From Escherichia phage Mangalyan: a stretch of 64,000 nucleotides of DNA. Below the pieces are notes generated by a model that saw only the letters and a list, made by a program, of their open reading frames with translations, was not told the DNA's origin and did not search any database. This document shows positions 29,412 through 35,986 of the stretch, in pieces. Numbering within the stretch: the first letter of the stretch is position 1; every line of letters starts with the position of its first letter. Where the stretch lies: the sequence record OR449013. One strand, written 5' to 3'. The position numbers were made by a program, and so were the translations under genes.

Positions 29412-29806
29412 CGATCCTCCTGATTGATACTCTCATTATAAATATCTATAAGCTGATCAGGGAGTGTTGACTTATTACCTTCAGGTGATTGGAGGTAGAT
29501 AATCTGCTTTTCTCTACCTTCCCTCTCAGCTATATTTAATTTATCCTGCAGATCAGAAAGAGATTTTTCAAGGTTTTTAACCTCCTCTGCGTGGCCCATT
29601 TTAATTTTGTCTGCCTGCTTTTGTTGCTGATCAAGGATCCGTTCCCACTTTAACTCTGTTGCTGACACACCCTCTTGGTAGGCATCATTAAGCTTAGAGT
29701 TAAACCAATACACGGCCCCAAGATAAGCTGTACCTATAGCCGCTGCAAAAACTAAACCTTTTATGATCCCTCTATACCTACTCAGCCATGTTAAACCTGA
29801 AATCAT
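29408..29806 (-). CDS. putative i-spanin
   Basis: 132-aa ORF with N-terminal transmembrane segment then charged coiled-coil region; coupled to the lipoprotein gene. Confidence 0.5.
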   Translation of the reverse strand: MISGLTWLSRYRGIIKGLVFAAAIGTAYLGAVYWFNSKLNDAYQEGVSATELKWERILDQQQKQADKIKMGHAEEVKNLEKSLSDLQDKLNIAEREGREKQIIYLQSPEGNKSTLPDQLIDIYNESINQEDR

Positions 29807-29823
29807 TTTAAGGCTCCAGAAAC

Positions 29824-29858
29824 GAAAAAACCCCGCAGCTATACAGCTAACGGGGCGG
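29824..29858 (-). terminator. rho-independent terminator
   Basis: CCCCG...CGGGG hairpin with palindromic loop followed by TTTTTTCGTTT on minus strand. Confidence 0.55.
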
Positions 29859-29911
29859 GTTAAAATTGAGTAACCTAAATAGATCGAAACTAACTAAAAG
29901 GAGACTAATAC

Positions 29912-30181
29912 TTATCGAGGCACTCGGTGGATGATTCTAACAGTAACTGCATTTTCATTCATCAAGTATGCATCTACATCTCTGTAAATATAAAACTTCT
30001 GCTCACTATCAACAACACAAGCTACCGCCCCTTCAGAGTTGTCTTCAAAAAAGACCACCACTGCATCGCAGCTGAGTTCATGATATGACTCTCGAAGATT
30101 TACAGCCAGAGGATTGAAATCGTCACGAAAATCTACGGTATGGGTTGGATTTACACGCTCTACAATTTTAAGTGTATACAT
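29912..30181 (-). CDS. hypothetical protein
   Basis: 89-aa ORF. Confidence 0.4.
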   Translation of the reverse strand: MYTLKIVERVNPTHTVDFRDDFNPLAVNLRESYHELSCDAVVVFFEDNSEGAVACVVDSEQKFYIYRDVDAYLMNENAVTVRIIHRVPR

Positions 30182-30227
30182 TTTAAAGGTTCCTTTTGTT
30201 TATATATGTTTAAAGTATAACTGAAAG

Positions 30228-30304
30228 TGGTCTCCACGGAGTGATTCGAACACTCGACCTCCTGATCCCAAATCAGGCGCTCTACCAAGCTGAGCTACGC
30301 GGAG
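30228..30304 (-). tRNA. tRNA-Pro (anticodon TGG)
   Basis: Cloverleaf folded by hand on minus strand: acceptor CTCCGCG/CGTGGAG, anticodon loop TTTGGGA, T-loop GTTCGAATC, encoded CCA. Confidence 0.8.
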
Positions 30305-30315
30305 TATTTACTATT

Positions 30316-30390
30316 TGGTGGCCCTGGGTGGAATTGAACCACCGTCTGGCGATTATGAGTCGCTTGCTTGAACCTTCCAGCTACAGGGCC
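30316..30390 (-). tRNA. tRNA-Met/fMet/Ile2 (anticodon CAT)
   Basis: Acceptor GGCCCTG/CAGGGCC, anticodon loop CTCATAA, T-loop TTCAATT, CCA encoded. Confidence 0.8.
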
Positions 30391-30391
30391 T

Positions 30392-30467
30392 TGGTGCTAA
30401 TGGCAGGACTTGAACCTGCAACCTATTGATTACAAATCAATTGCACTACCAATTGTGCTACATCAGC
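30392..30467 (-). tRNA. tRNA-Thr (anticodon TGT)
   Basis: Acceptor GCTGATG/CATTAGC, anticodon stem ATTGA/TCAAT with loop TTTGTAA, T-loop TTCAAGT, CCA encoded. Confidence 0.8.
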
Positions 30468-30472
30468 AAAAA

Positions 30473-30571
30473 GGTGCTAGGTGATGGAATCGAACCATCT
30501 ATGTATTCAACGACTACCTCGTCTATTTTCAGGATTAAAAATCCTCGCCCTTGCCAAAGGGCTTACCTAGC
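30473..30571 (-). ncRNA. atypical 99-nt tRNA-like gene (Lys-type UUU anticodon loop, ~30-nt variable region)
   Basis: Acceptor GCTAGGT/ACCTAGC, D-arm GCCC-TTTGGCAA-GGGC, anticodon loop TTTTTAA, canonical T-arm GATGG-TTCGATT-CCATC, but ~30 nt lie between anticodon stem and T-stem. Confidence 0.45.
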
Positions 30572-30669
30572 TCAGTATGTTGACCATGTTGCTAGTCGGC
30601 GATGACGACTGTAACATTTGATAATCCGGTTCTGCTTCCGGCTTTCGCTTAATTACAAGGTCAACAATG

Positions 30670-30760
30670 TGGCGGAGAGTAATGGAATCGAACCATCATC
30701 GAGTCATCCTCAATGGGACGGTTTTCAAGACCGCTTGAGCACCATTGCTCCCTACTCTCC
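30670..30760 (-). tRNA. tRNA-Ser (anticodon TGA), class II
   Basis: Acceptor GGAGAGT/ACTCTCC, anticodon loop CTTGAAA, long variable arm, T-loop GGTTCGATTCC, CCA encoded. Confidence 0.8.
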
Positions 30761-30874
30761 TTTATAAATTATACTGATAATGACACTGATTTTCGAGCAG
30801 TTAGTGACTAGTATAAACGACGATAAATATCAATGCCATTATCTGTATTATTTATGCATCTAAAAATATAAATT

Positions 30875-30961
30875 TGGTGGGGAGTGGTGGAGTCGAACCA
30901 CCCGAGTCGCAATGACAATAGATTTACAGTCTACACCGCTACCTCTACGGGATAACTCCCC
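30875..30961 (-). tRNA. tRNA-Tyr (anticodon GTA), class II
   Basis: Acceptor GGGGAGT/ACTCCCC, anticodon stem GTAGA/TCTAT with loop CTGTAAA, long variable arm, T-loop GGTTCGACTCC. Confidence 0.8.
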
Positions 30962-30965
30962 AATT

Positions 30966-31040
30966 TGGCACCCCGTACTGGACTCGAACCAGTGTCAACG
31001 GCTTAGAAGGCCGCTGCTTTATCCACTAAGCTAACAGGGC
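30966..31040 (-). tRNA. tRNA-Arg (anticodon TCT)
   Basis: Acceptor GCCCTGT/ACGGGGT, anticodon stem GCGGC/GCCGT with loop CTTCTAA, T-loop GGTTCGAGTCC. Confidence 0.8.
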
Positions 31041-31098
31041 ACTGGGTGGCTTTCTTTTACACCTTAGCCGCCAGAAAAGGTGGGAGACCATGTTTACA

Positions 31099-31127
31099 AT
31101 ATTACACTGTTAAGCAAAGTTTGTCAA
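31099..31127 (-). promoter_or_regulatory. sigma70-like promoter upstream of tRNA cluster (TTGACA-17-TAATAT)
   Basis: Minus-strand TTGACA (31127-31122) and TAATAT (31104-31099), ~55 nt upstream of tRNA-Arg. Confidence 0.5.
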
Positions 31128-31136
31128 GAAAATATT

Positions 31137-31475
31137 TTAGCTATTGCTAACAGGCTGTATTTCTGTAGTAAATGGCATAAAAGGTGCTGGTTTTTCAGCC
31201 TCTTCTACTACCACCTCTTCCTCTTCACCAAACATCTCATCATATTCTTCCTGCATTCGGTCTGCCTTATCAAGAACATACTCTGCAATGCTTTGACGAA
31301 TATTTTGTTTGGTTTTCGGGTCCAACATCAGCTCTCTTAAAACTTTGTGAGCTTCTGGAACCATCGCTATAAAAGATTCCTTCATATCAAGGATGTTCTT
31401 CTCTAGCTGAATGGCGTTGGACTCCTCTTTCAGAGGTCTGCCTCTACGGCGACGCTTTTTAGTTGTATCCGCCAT
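31137..31475 (-). CDS. hypothetical basic DNA-binding protein (possible small terminase subunit or regulator)
   Basis: ATG at 31475 with GGAGGAAA SD (track ORF extends spuriously to 31595); N-terminal KKRRRRGRP basic tract, acidic C-terminus. Confidence 0.4.
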   Translation of the reverse strand: MADTTKKRRRRGRPLKEESNAIQLEKNILDMKESFIAMVPEAHKVLRELMLDPKTKQNIRQSIAEYVLDKADRMQEEYDEMFGEEEEVVVEEAEKPAPFMPFTTEIQPVSNS

Positions 31476-31486
31476 GTTTCCTCCAT

Positions 31487-31498
31487 TATCACGTGATA
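31487..31498. promoter_or_regulatory. perfect 12-bp palindrome TATCACGTGATA between promoter -10 and SD (candidate operator)
   Basis: Palindrome sits between the -10 element and the SD of the 31475 gene. Confidence 0.4.
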
Positions 31499-31503
31499 GG
31501 TGG

Positions 31504-31532
31504 ATTTTATCATAGCAAATACTGATTGTCAA
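31504..31532 (-). promoter_or_regulatory. sigma70-like promoter (TTGACA-17-TAAAAT)
   Basis: Minus-strand TTGACA (31532-31527) and TAAAAT (31509-31504) upstream of the 31475 gene. Confidence 0.5.
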
Positions 31533-31534
31533 GT

Positions 31535-31760
31535 TCGCCGCAGGGTGGTATTCCCTGCGACTTGTCCAGCGTCCTGGACCAGCAAGACCAAACAAGTGGG
31601 TTACCAGAGGCCTATTACCCGCGCTTCGGCTCGACCTTGTTACAGGTTGGCTGGGGTCACATCGTCATGTGCTGGCTGCCCCTACCATTTTAAGTGTGGT
31701 GCACTATCAAGCCCTCTAAGGGGAACTCAGCCTTCTCCGAACCCTGTTTCAAAGCATCCG
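31535..31760. other. GC-rich ORF-free island A (candidate structured RNA or regulatory element)
   Basis: Visibly GC-rich versus flanks; hairpins such as GCAGGG-TGGTATT-CCCTGC; only shadow ORFs. Confidence 0.3.
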
Positions 31761-31821
31761 GAGATAAAGCCATCAAATTCATCTTTAAATTGGATATTCA
31801 TCATGATACACGAAAACAACC

Positions 31822-32064
31822 TCATTGTAAAGCACAAATAAATAAAACATACTTAATTTGTTTGTTATCAGGCTCAGGGTAGAAGTAGAAGATCTTGCTA
31901 TCACCGATCTGAACACCACCATCCCAACAGCATAGCCCATAACCTGTATTCATACAAGCTAAGTCGTTGGCAAAATCTATTGCATCATCCAGTGCACGAA
32001 ATTCACCTTCATCTTCTAAATAATCCTCATTCATGGAACGAAAAACGAGCTTAACCTTAAACAT
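31822..32064 (-). CDS. hypothetical protein
   Basis: 80-aa ORF. Confidence 0.35.
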   Translation of the reverse strand: MFKVKLVFRSMNEDYLEDEGEFRALDDAIDFANDLACMNTGYGLCCWDGGVQIGDSKIFYFYPEPDNKQIKYVLFICALQ

Positions 32065-32140
32065 AGCATTACCTGTAGACCTCGTAAGTTAAAATTGCAT
32101 CACATCATATTGCAGATCTTATCAGGTAACACTATTTTTG

Positions 32141-32329
32141 TCAACAGATTCCGGCCTTATCCTTCCTGTCTGCGTATTCTTTAATCGCAACCTCATCTGC
32201 ATTAGTGACCAGGTCTTCAAAGTAACTCTCAAGCTCCTCGTCAATGTCAGGAGACCAGCTCTTTTTCCTGTCAGTGTGAATTGCAGACTTGTTGAACTTA
32301 TTACAGTTCTTTGCTACCGGGTTGTTCAT
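32141..32329 (-). CDS. hypothetical protein
   Basis: 62-aa ORF, coupled to upstream gene. Confidence 0.3.
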   Translation of the reverse strand: MNNPVAKNCNKFNKSAIHTDRKKSWSPDIDEELESYFEDLVTNADEVAIKEYADRKDKAGIC

Positions 32330-32339
32330 TAAGCGCTCC

Positions 32340-32918
32340 TCAGCGTTCGTAGTAGATTTTATTTAACATTACCTCATCTTTTGCAGAAAGAATACCGAGA
32401 TATGCATCACCGAATCTACCTGCAACAACCTCTGCATGATACATCACTTCGTTAATATCGTCAAGAGTGATAACTGGATGACCGTATCTCTCTGAGTATT
32501 GTCTCAGAGTGCGATGTAGAGAGTCATCATCATAGGCAGACTTTTTAATATCACAAACACGACGAATAGCCTTGATGTCGAAAAACCCTGTACGATACCA
32601 ACCAAGAAAAAGGTTTCGTGCAGTGTCAACATCCACATCAATACCATCAAGAACCTTATCTACAAGATAGCTGTCATCCTTTGGACCTGCTTCCTTAGTG
32701 CGAATGTAGTTGCCATCTTTTCCAGGTGACAGCTCCTTCTCATCACCAACCTGCATGCCATCATTTGGCGGTGTTAACCACTTATCCGGATGCTTACGAT
32801 CACGAGCGTTAGAATGATTACGCTGGAAACCGGGCTTCCACTTGAAAGTTTTCTCCATCTGTTCTTCATTCTGATAACGTTTTGCAATCTTTTCACGGTC
32901 ATCTTTGCGTGAACCCAT
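32340..32918 (-). CDS. hypothetical protein
   Basis: 192-aa ORF with GAGGAGG SD. Confidence 0.45.
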   Translation of the reverse strand: MGSRKDDREKIAKRYQNEEQMEKTFKWKPGFQRNHSNARDRKHPDKWLTPPNDGMQVGDEKELSPGKDGNYIRTKEAGPKDDSYLVDKVLDGIDVDVDTARNLFLGWYRTGFFDIKAIRRVCDIKKSAYDDDSLHRTLRQYSERYGHPVITLDDINEVMYHAEVVAGRFGDAYLGILSAKDEVMLNKIYYER

Positions 32919-33039
32919 AGCTGCCTCCTCTTCAAGTTATAGAAAAACTCACTGTATCGCTTTGTAACGAGCTTTTCTATCAAACTGGTGCGATTGCATT
33001 ACCTGGTATAGTTTATATAGCTGTGGAGCGATTTAGGGG

Positions 33040-33290
33040 CCTTCTTGTCAGTTTCCACACATAAACTTCATCCAAGCTCGCGCGGGAGACTCTCAACCGA
33101 CTCCTTACGGCGCTGGCAAGCTTTCGTCGGTGGTCCACATCAGTGCTCGGCCTTTGGCCTGCGCTATAGCTTCGCTCCCACACATGTTAACAGACCTGCA
33201 TGTGTGCACTTCTGTTATTGTGTGCACCAAGGAGGCCCGGCATCTCGCCCCTCGTAGGCGAGTGCCAATGAAGGGCCGACACTGCCCATA
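33040..33290. other. GC-rich ORF-free island B (candidate structured RNA or regulatory element)
   Basis: Visibly GC-rich versus the adjacent AT-rich segment; several hairpins (e.g. CTCGCC-CCTCGTA-GGCGAG at ~33244-33262); only a low-complexity shadow ORF. Confidence 0.3.
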
Positions 33291-33300
33291 GTAAGTAATA

Positions 33301-33420
33301 AATTTAAAACATGGTACTTAGGATCTAGTATATTCTACATAAGTTAAGTATATGTACTTAGTACCATAAGTACTAGATCTTTTATTTTTTTATTATTTAG
33401 TTATTTTAGTTATATTCTTT
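33301..33420. promoter_or_regulatory. AT-rich segment with inverted repeats (candidate DNA unwinding element or promoter region)
   Basis: Inverted repeat GATCTAGTA (33322-33330) / TACTAGATC (33371-33379), repeated GTACTTAG motifs, poly-T/A tracts. Confidence 0.4.
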
Positions 33421-33423
33421 ATG

Positions 33424-33505
33424 TGTCCGTATCACGGACAGTTAGTGTCCGTATTACGGGCAGATGTGTCCGCGTGACGGACAGTAGTGTCCGTATCACG
33501 GACAG
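33424..33505. repeat. four tandem 17-bp palindromes (TGTCCGT-N3-ACGGACA) at 21-22-bp spacing
   Basis: Copies at 33424-33440, 33446-33462, 33467-33483, 33489-33505 (first and fourth identical); a degenerate fifth follows. Confidence 0.75.
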
Positions 33506-33579
33506 TTAATAGTATCCGTTCCATGGCGAACATAAAACATACGAATCCTTATAGTATAGATATTTAAGTTTTTACTGGT

Positions 33580-33930
33580 CTAACCAGTTGTTGACATCCG
33601 AATAACTTCTTCTGGTGGCAAAACTTTGGAAAATGTGCATCTTTTACCTCTCCCTTGTGTGGATGTTTCAACCACTCCTGCACATTCTAAAGTTTTAACG
33701 CACGCTGCTGCTTTTGTTTTCTTTATCCCAACATCTGCTGCAATTTTCCTTGTGCTTGGTGTGAAGCGTGAATTTCCTCCAAGCTTATACCAGTTGTGCA
33801 GGTAGCAGTATACGATCTTGTCATACAAGTCAAGAACAACAACCTCCCCAGTTGTGTCATTCAAAACTTTTGACATAGATAGTATTTCAAGGGGGACTTT
33901 AAGATATAGCAGCTTATCCCCATCTTTCAT
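33580..33930 (-). CDS. hypothetical DNA-binding protein (candidate binder of the adjacent palindromic repeats)
   Basis: 116-aa ORF with AGGAG SD; helix-turn-helix-like segment TPSTRKIAADVGIKKTKAAACVKTLECAGVV; repeats lie ~75 bp 3' of its stop. Binding is inference. Confidence 0.4.
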   Translation of the reverse strand: MKDGDKLLYLKVPLEILSMSKVLNDTTGEVVVLDLYDKIVYCYLHNWYKLGGNSRFTPSTRKIAADVGIKKTKAAACVKTLECAGVVETSTQGRGKRCTFSKVLPPEEVIRMSTTG

Positions 33931-33977
33931 ATCTCCTGATTCTCCTTGTGTGGCAATTTTCTTTAAAATAGCAGGGA

Positions 33978-34532
33978 TTACTCCCTACTGTCAATATCAA
34001 AACTCATTGCAATACGGTATGCCTCCTCTAATGGTAAGAGTCTCCCCCACACATCCCAACCGACATCAAGCTGCCTGCCAAACAACTGTTGTGTGGTTCC
34101 GTGAGCATGACCGAACAGTTGGACTGATCCGTGAGGCTTTCTGTTCCACTTTGCAAACTGGTAATGGCTCATACAGATCAAATTCTTGTTGTGGCGAAGC
34201 TCGTAATAATCTACAACCTCATGACCGAACTCTTTCATAATTCTGACAGTCGTCCTTGTGTCATGGTTGCCACGAACAAGAATAATATGTCCGTTCAACA
34301 TATTTAGAATATCTGGAAGTAAGTTGTTGATATTCTTATCATTAGTGCACGCAATATCTCCCAAGTGGAACACAGTGTCTGCAGGTGACACAACAGAGTT
34401 CCACTTGGCGATGATTCCCGCATTCATACTGTCAAGATTGTGATCATACTGAGATCTGTGTTTTTGACATGAATCAAACTCCATGACCCGCTGATGGAGA
34501 AAGTGTGTGTCGCTTGTTACAAAGTATTTCAT
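33978..34532 (-). CDS. calcineurin-like metallophosphoesterase (putative polynucleotide 3'-phosphatase)
   Basis: ATG at 34532 with GAGGA SD (track ORF starts upstream); motifs SDTHF, GDI, GNHD; starts 7 nt after the kinase stop. Confidence 0.6.
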   Translation of the reverse strand: MKYFVTSDTHFLHQRVMEFDSCQKHRSQYDHNLDSMNAGIIAKWNSVVSPADTVFHLGDIACTNDKNINNLLPDILNMLNGHIILVRGNHDTRTTVRIMKEFGHEVVDYYELRHNKNLICMSHYQFAKWNRKPHGSVQLFGHAHGTTQQLFGRQLDVGWDVWGRLLPLEEAYRIAMSFDIDSRE

Positions 34533-34539
34533 ACATTCC

Positions 34540-34950
34540 TCATTTAAGTTTAATGCAGTTTTTAAGCTGGCGTTCCATACGATCCACAACCTTGTCTGGA
34601 ACATCATGAATGCTTTTATTACCGTGGCGGTTTTCAACCACGATCACGGTATAACTATACCCATGACTGATTGCCATGTCAACATATTCCTGCACATGTT
34701 TTTCTTTTGTAAACGTATTACTTACCACGATACGGTCGTATCCCATACGCATCATATCTTCTACGTTATCTTTGCACCATTTTGCTGCGAGTGTTACTTT
34801 ACTTGCATCCCAGTTGTAATTGCCGTCATCGTCATACCAGAACATGTCGTTCTCAAAATGTGGATACAGACCCTCTAAAGATAGCGCATTTGCCAGTGTT
34901 GATTTGCCAGACCCTGGTAGACCACGCACGATATATAGCATTTTAGACAT
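34540..34950 (-). CDS. polynucleotide 5'-kinase-like P-loop protein
   Basis: ATG at 34950 with GGAGGG SD; P-loop GLPGSGKST resembles the T4 Pnk kinase domain. Confidence 0.6.
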   Translation of the reverse strand: MSKMLYIVRGLPGSGKSTLANALSLEGLYPHFENDMFWYDDDGNYNWDASKVTLAAKWCKDNVEDMMRMGYDRIVVSNTFTKEKHVQEYVDMAISHGYSYTVIVVENRHGNKSIHDVPDKVVDRMERQLKNCIKLK

Positions 34951-34978
34951 AGTGACCCTCCGTTTTAATTTCAACGGT

Positions 34979-35007
34979 AGTATACCTGACTGTTTTGTTA
35001 ATTTCAA
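34979..35007 (-). promoter_or_regulatory. sigma70-like promoter (TTGAAA-17-TATACT) for kinase/phosphatase operon
   Basis: Minus-strand elements in the divergent intergenic region. Confidence 0.45.
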
Positions 35008-35071
35008 GTGTTGACACTAGGTTATTTGTGTGGCAGGATAGACTGACAAAATGACAAATGAGGAACGTATA

Positions 35072-35986
35072 ATGAAGTATTTTAATGCAGACGACCTAGT
35101 TGACAAAGGTCTTGTAACCAGTAGGTATTACCCAGATCTCGGGCTAAAGATCTATAAATATGCCAGAAAAGTATTCTACAACAATCTGTGGCATTTGTCT
35201 CCGCGTTTACTGGAGTGCCGAGGTATTGTTGTTGGCAATGAGGGGAATGTTGTGGCATGGCCTTTCACAAAAGTATTCAACTTAGGAGAAAACTCCACCA
35301 ACCTACCGGACAGTAAACTTGTTACTGCGGTAGAGAAAAAGAACGGATTCCTCGGTGTGGTATCATCTCATAAAGGTGACCTATTGTTCTCAACAACCGG
35401 GTCTCTTGATTCTCCATATTGTAACCTTGCAAAGGAAACCATCCAAGAGCAATGTGGTAATTTAGATCTTATCAAGAAGGTTATGGGCAATGAAAACATG
35501 ACATTCATGTTTGAAATTTGTCACCCTTCAGATCCGCATATTGTTCAAGAAGACCATGGCGCATATTTGATAGGTTGCAGATATAATGATTCTGGAATAA
35601 TGCTACCAGAAGCAGCTTTAGATGGGATTGCCAAATACCTTGGTGCAAAACGTCCTCACACTGTGCGTGAAATTCCGTTCAGCTATGCAAAAGAGTTAGC
35701 TGCAGAAACAAGAGGTGAAGGATATATGATTCGTAAGCCTTACTACCCTTATGATCTGCAGTTGAAGATCAAGTCTCCATACTATCTGGCACGAAAGGCC
35801 GTAATGAGGGGTAAAGCTTGGAAGATTTGGGATGATGATATCTTTAAACGTGTTGACGAAGAGTTTTACGGCATGGTAAACTTCATTCGTAACAACTACA
35901 CAGAGGATGTATGGAACTGCCTCCTGGAGCAGGAACGCCGTGAGATACTTGACTGCTATTTCCACAACGAGGACTATATGCAATGA
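35072..35986 (+). CDS. putative RNA ligase (nucleotidyltransferase)
   Basis: Motif I EKKNGF (K-x-N-G), motif IV EGYMIR, motif V LKIKSP; second ATG 35072 preferred (GAGG SD) over track start 35051. Confidence 0.55.
   Translation: MKYFNADDLVDKGLVTSRYYPDLGLKIYKYARKVFYNNLWHLSPRLLECRGIVVGNEGNVVAWPFTKVFNLGENSTNLPDSKLVTAVEKKNGFLGVVSSHKGDLLFSTTGSLDSPYCNLAKETIQEQCGNLDLIKKVMGNENMTFMFEICHPSDPHIVQEDHGAYLIGCRYNDSGIMLPEAALDGIAKYLGAKRPHTVREIPFSYAKELAAETRGEGYMIRKPYYPYDLQLKIKSPYYLARKAVMRGKAWKIWDDDIFKRVDEEFYGMVNFIRNNYTEDVWNCLLEQERREILDCYFHNEDYMQ

Noticed and set aside
30572-30669. An eighth tRNA gene in the gap between the tRNA-like gene and tRNA-Ser
   Set aside because: No T-loop (GTTCRANYC) or acceptor-stem complementarity could be found on either strand.
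31500-31841. 113-aa plus-strand ORF across GC-rich island A and the promoter of the 31475 gene
   Set aside because: Runs antisense through a recognisable minus-strand promoter/operator/SD and has a biased GC-driven composition.
33045-33257. 70-aa plus-strand ORF inside GC-rich island B
   Set aside because: Low-complexity Ser/Arg/Pro/Ala-rich translation typical of GC-rich non-coding DNA, with no SD or promoter context.
33424-33505. CRISPR array or type III toxin-antitoxin RNA repeats as explanations for the tandem repeats
   Set aside because: Units are short palindromes spaced 21-22 bp with no unique spacers and no cas genes; no toxin ORF follows immediately downstream, and the unit length differs from known antitoxin RNA repeats.
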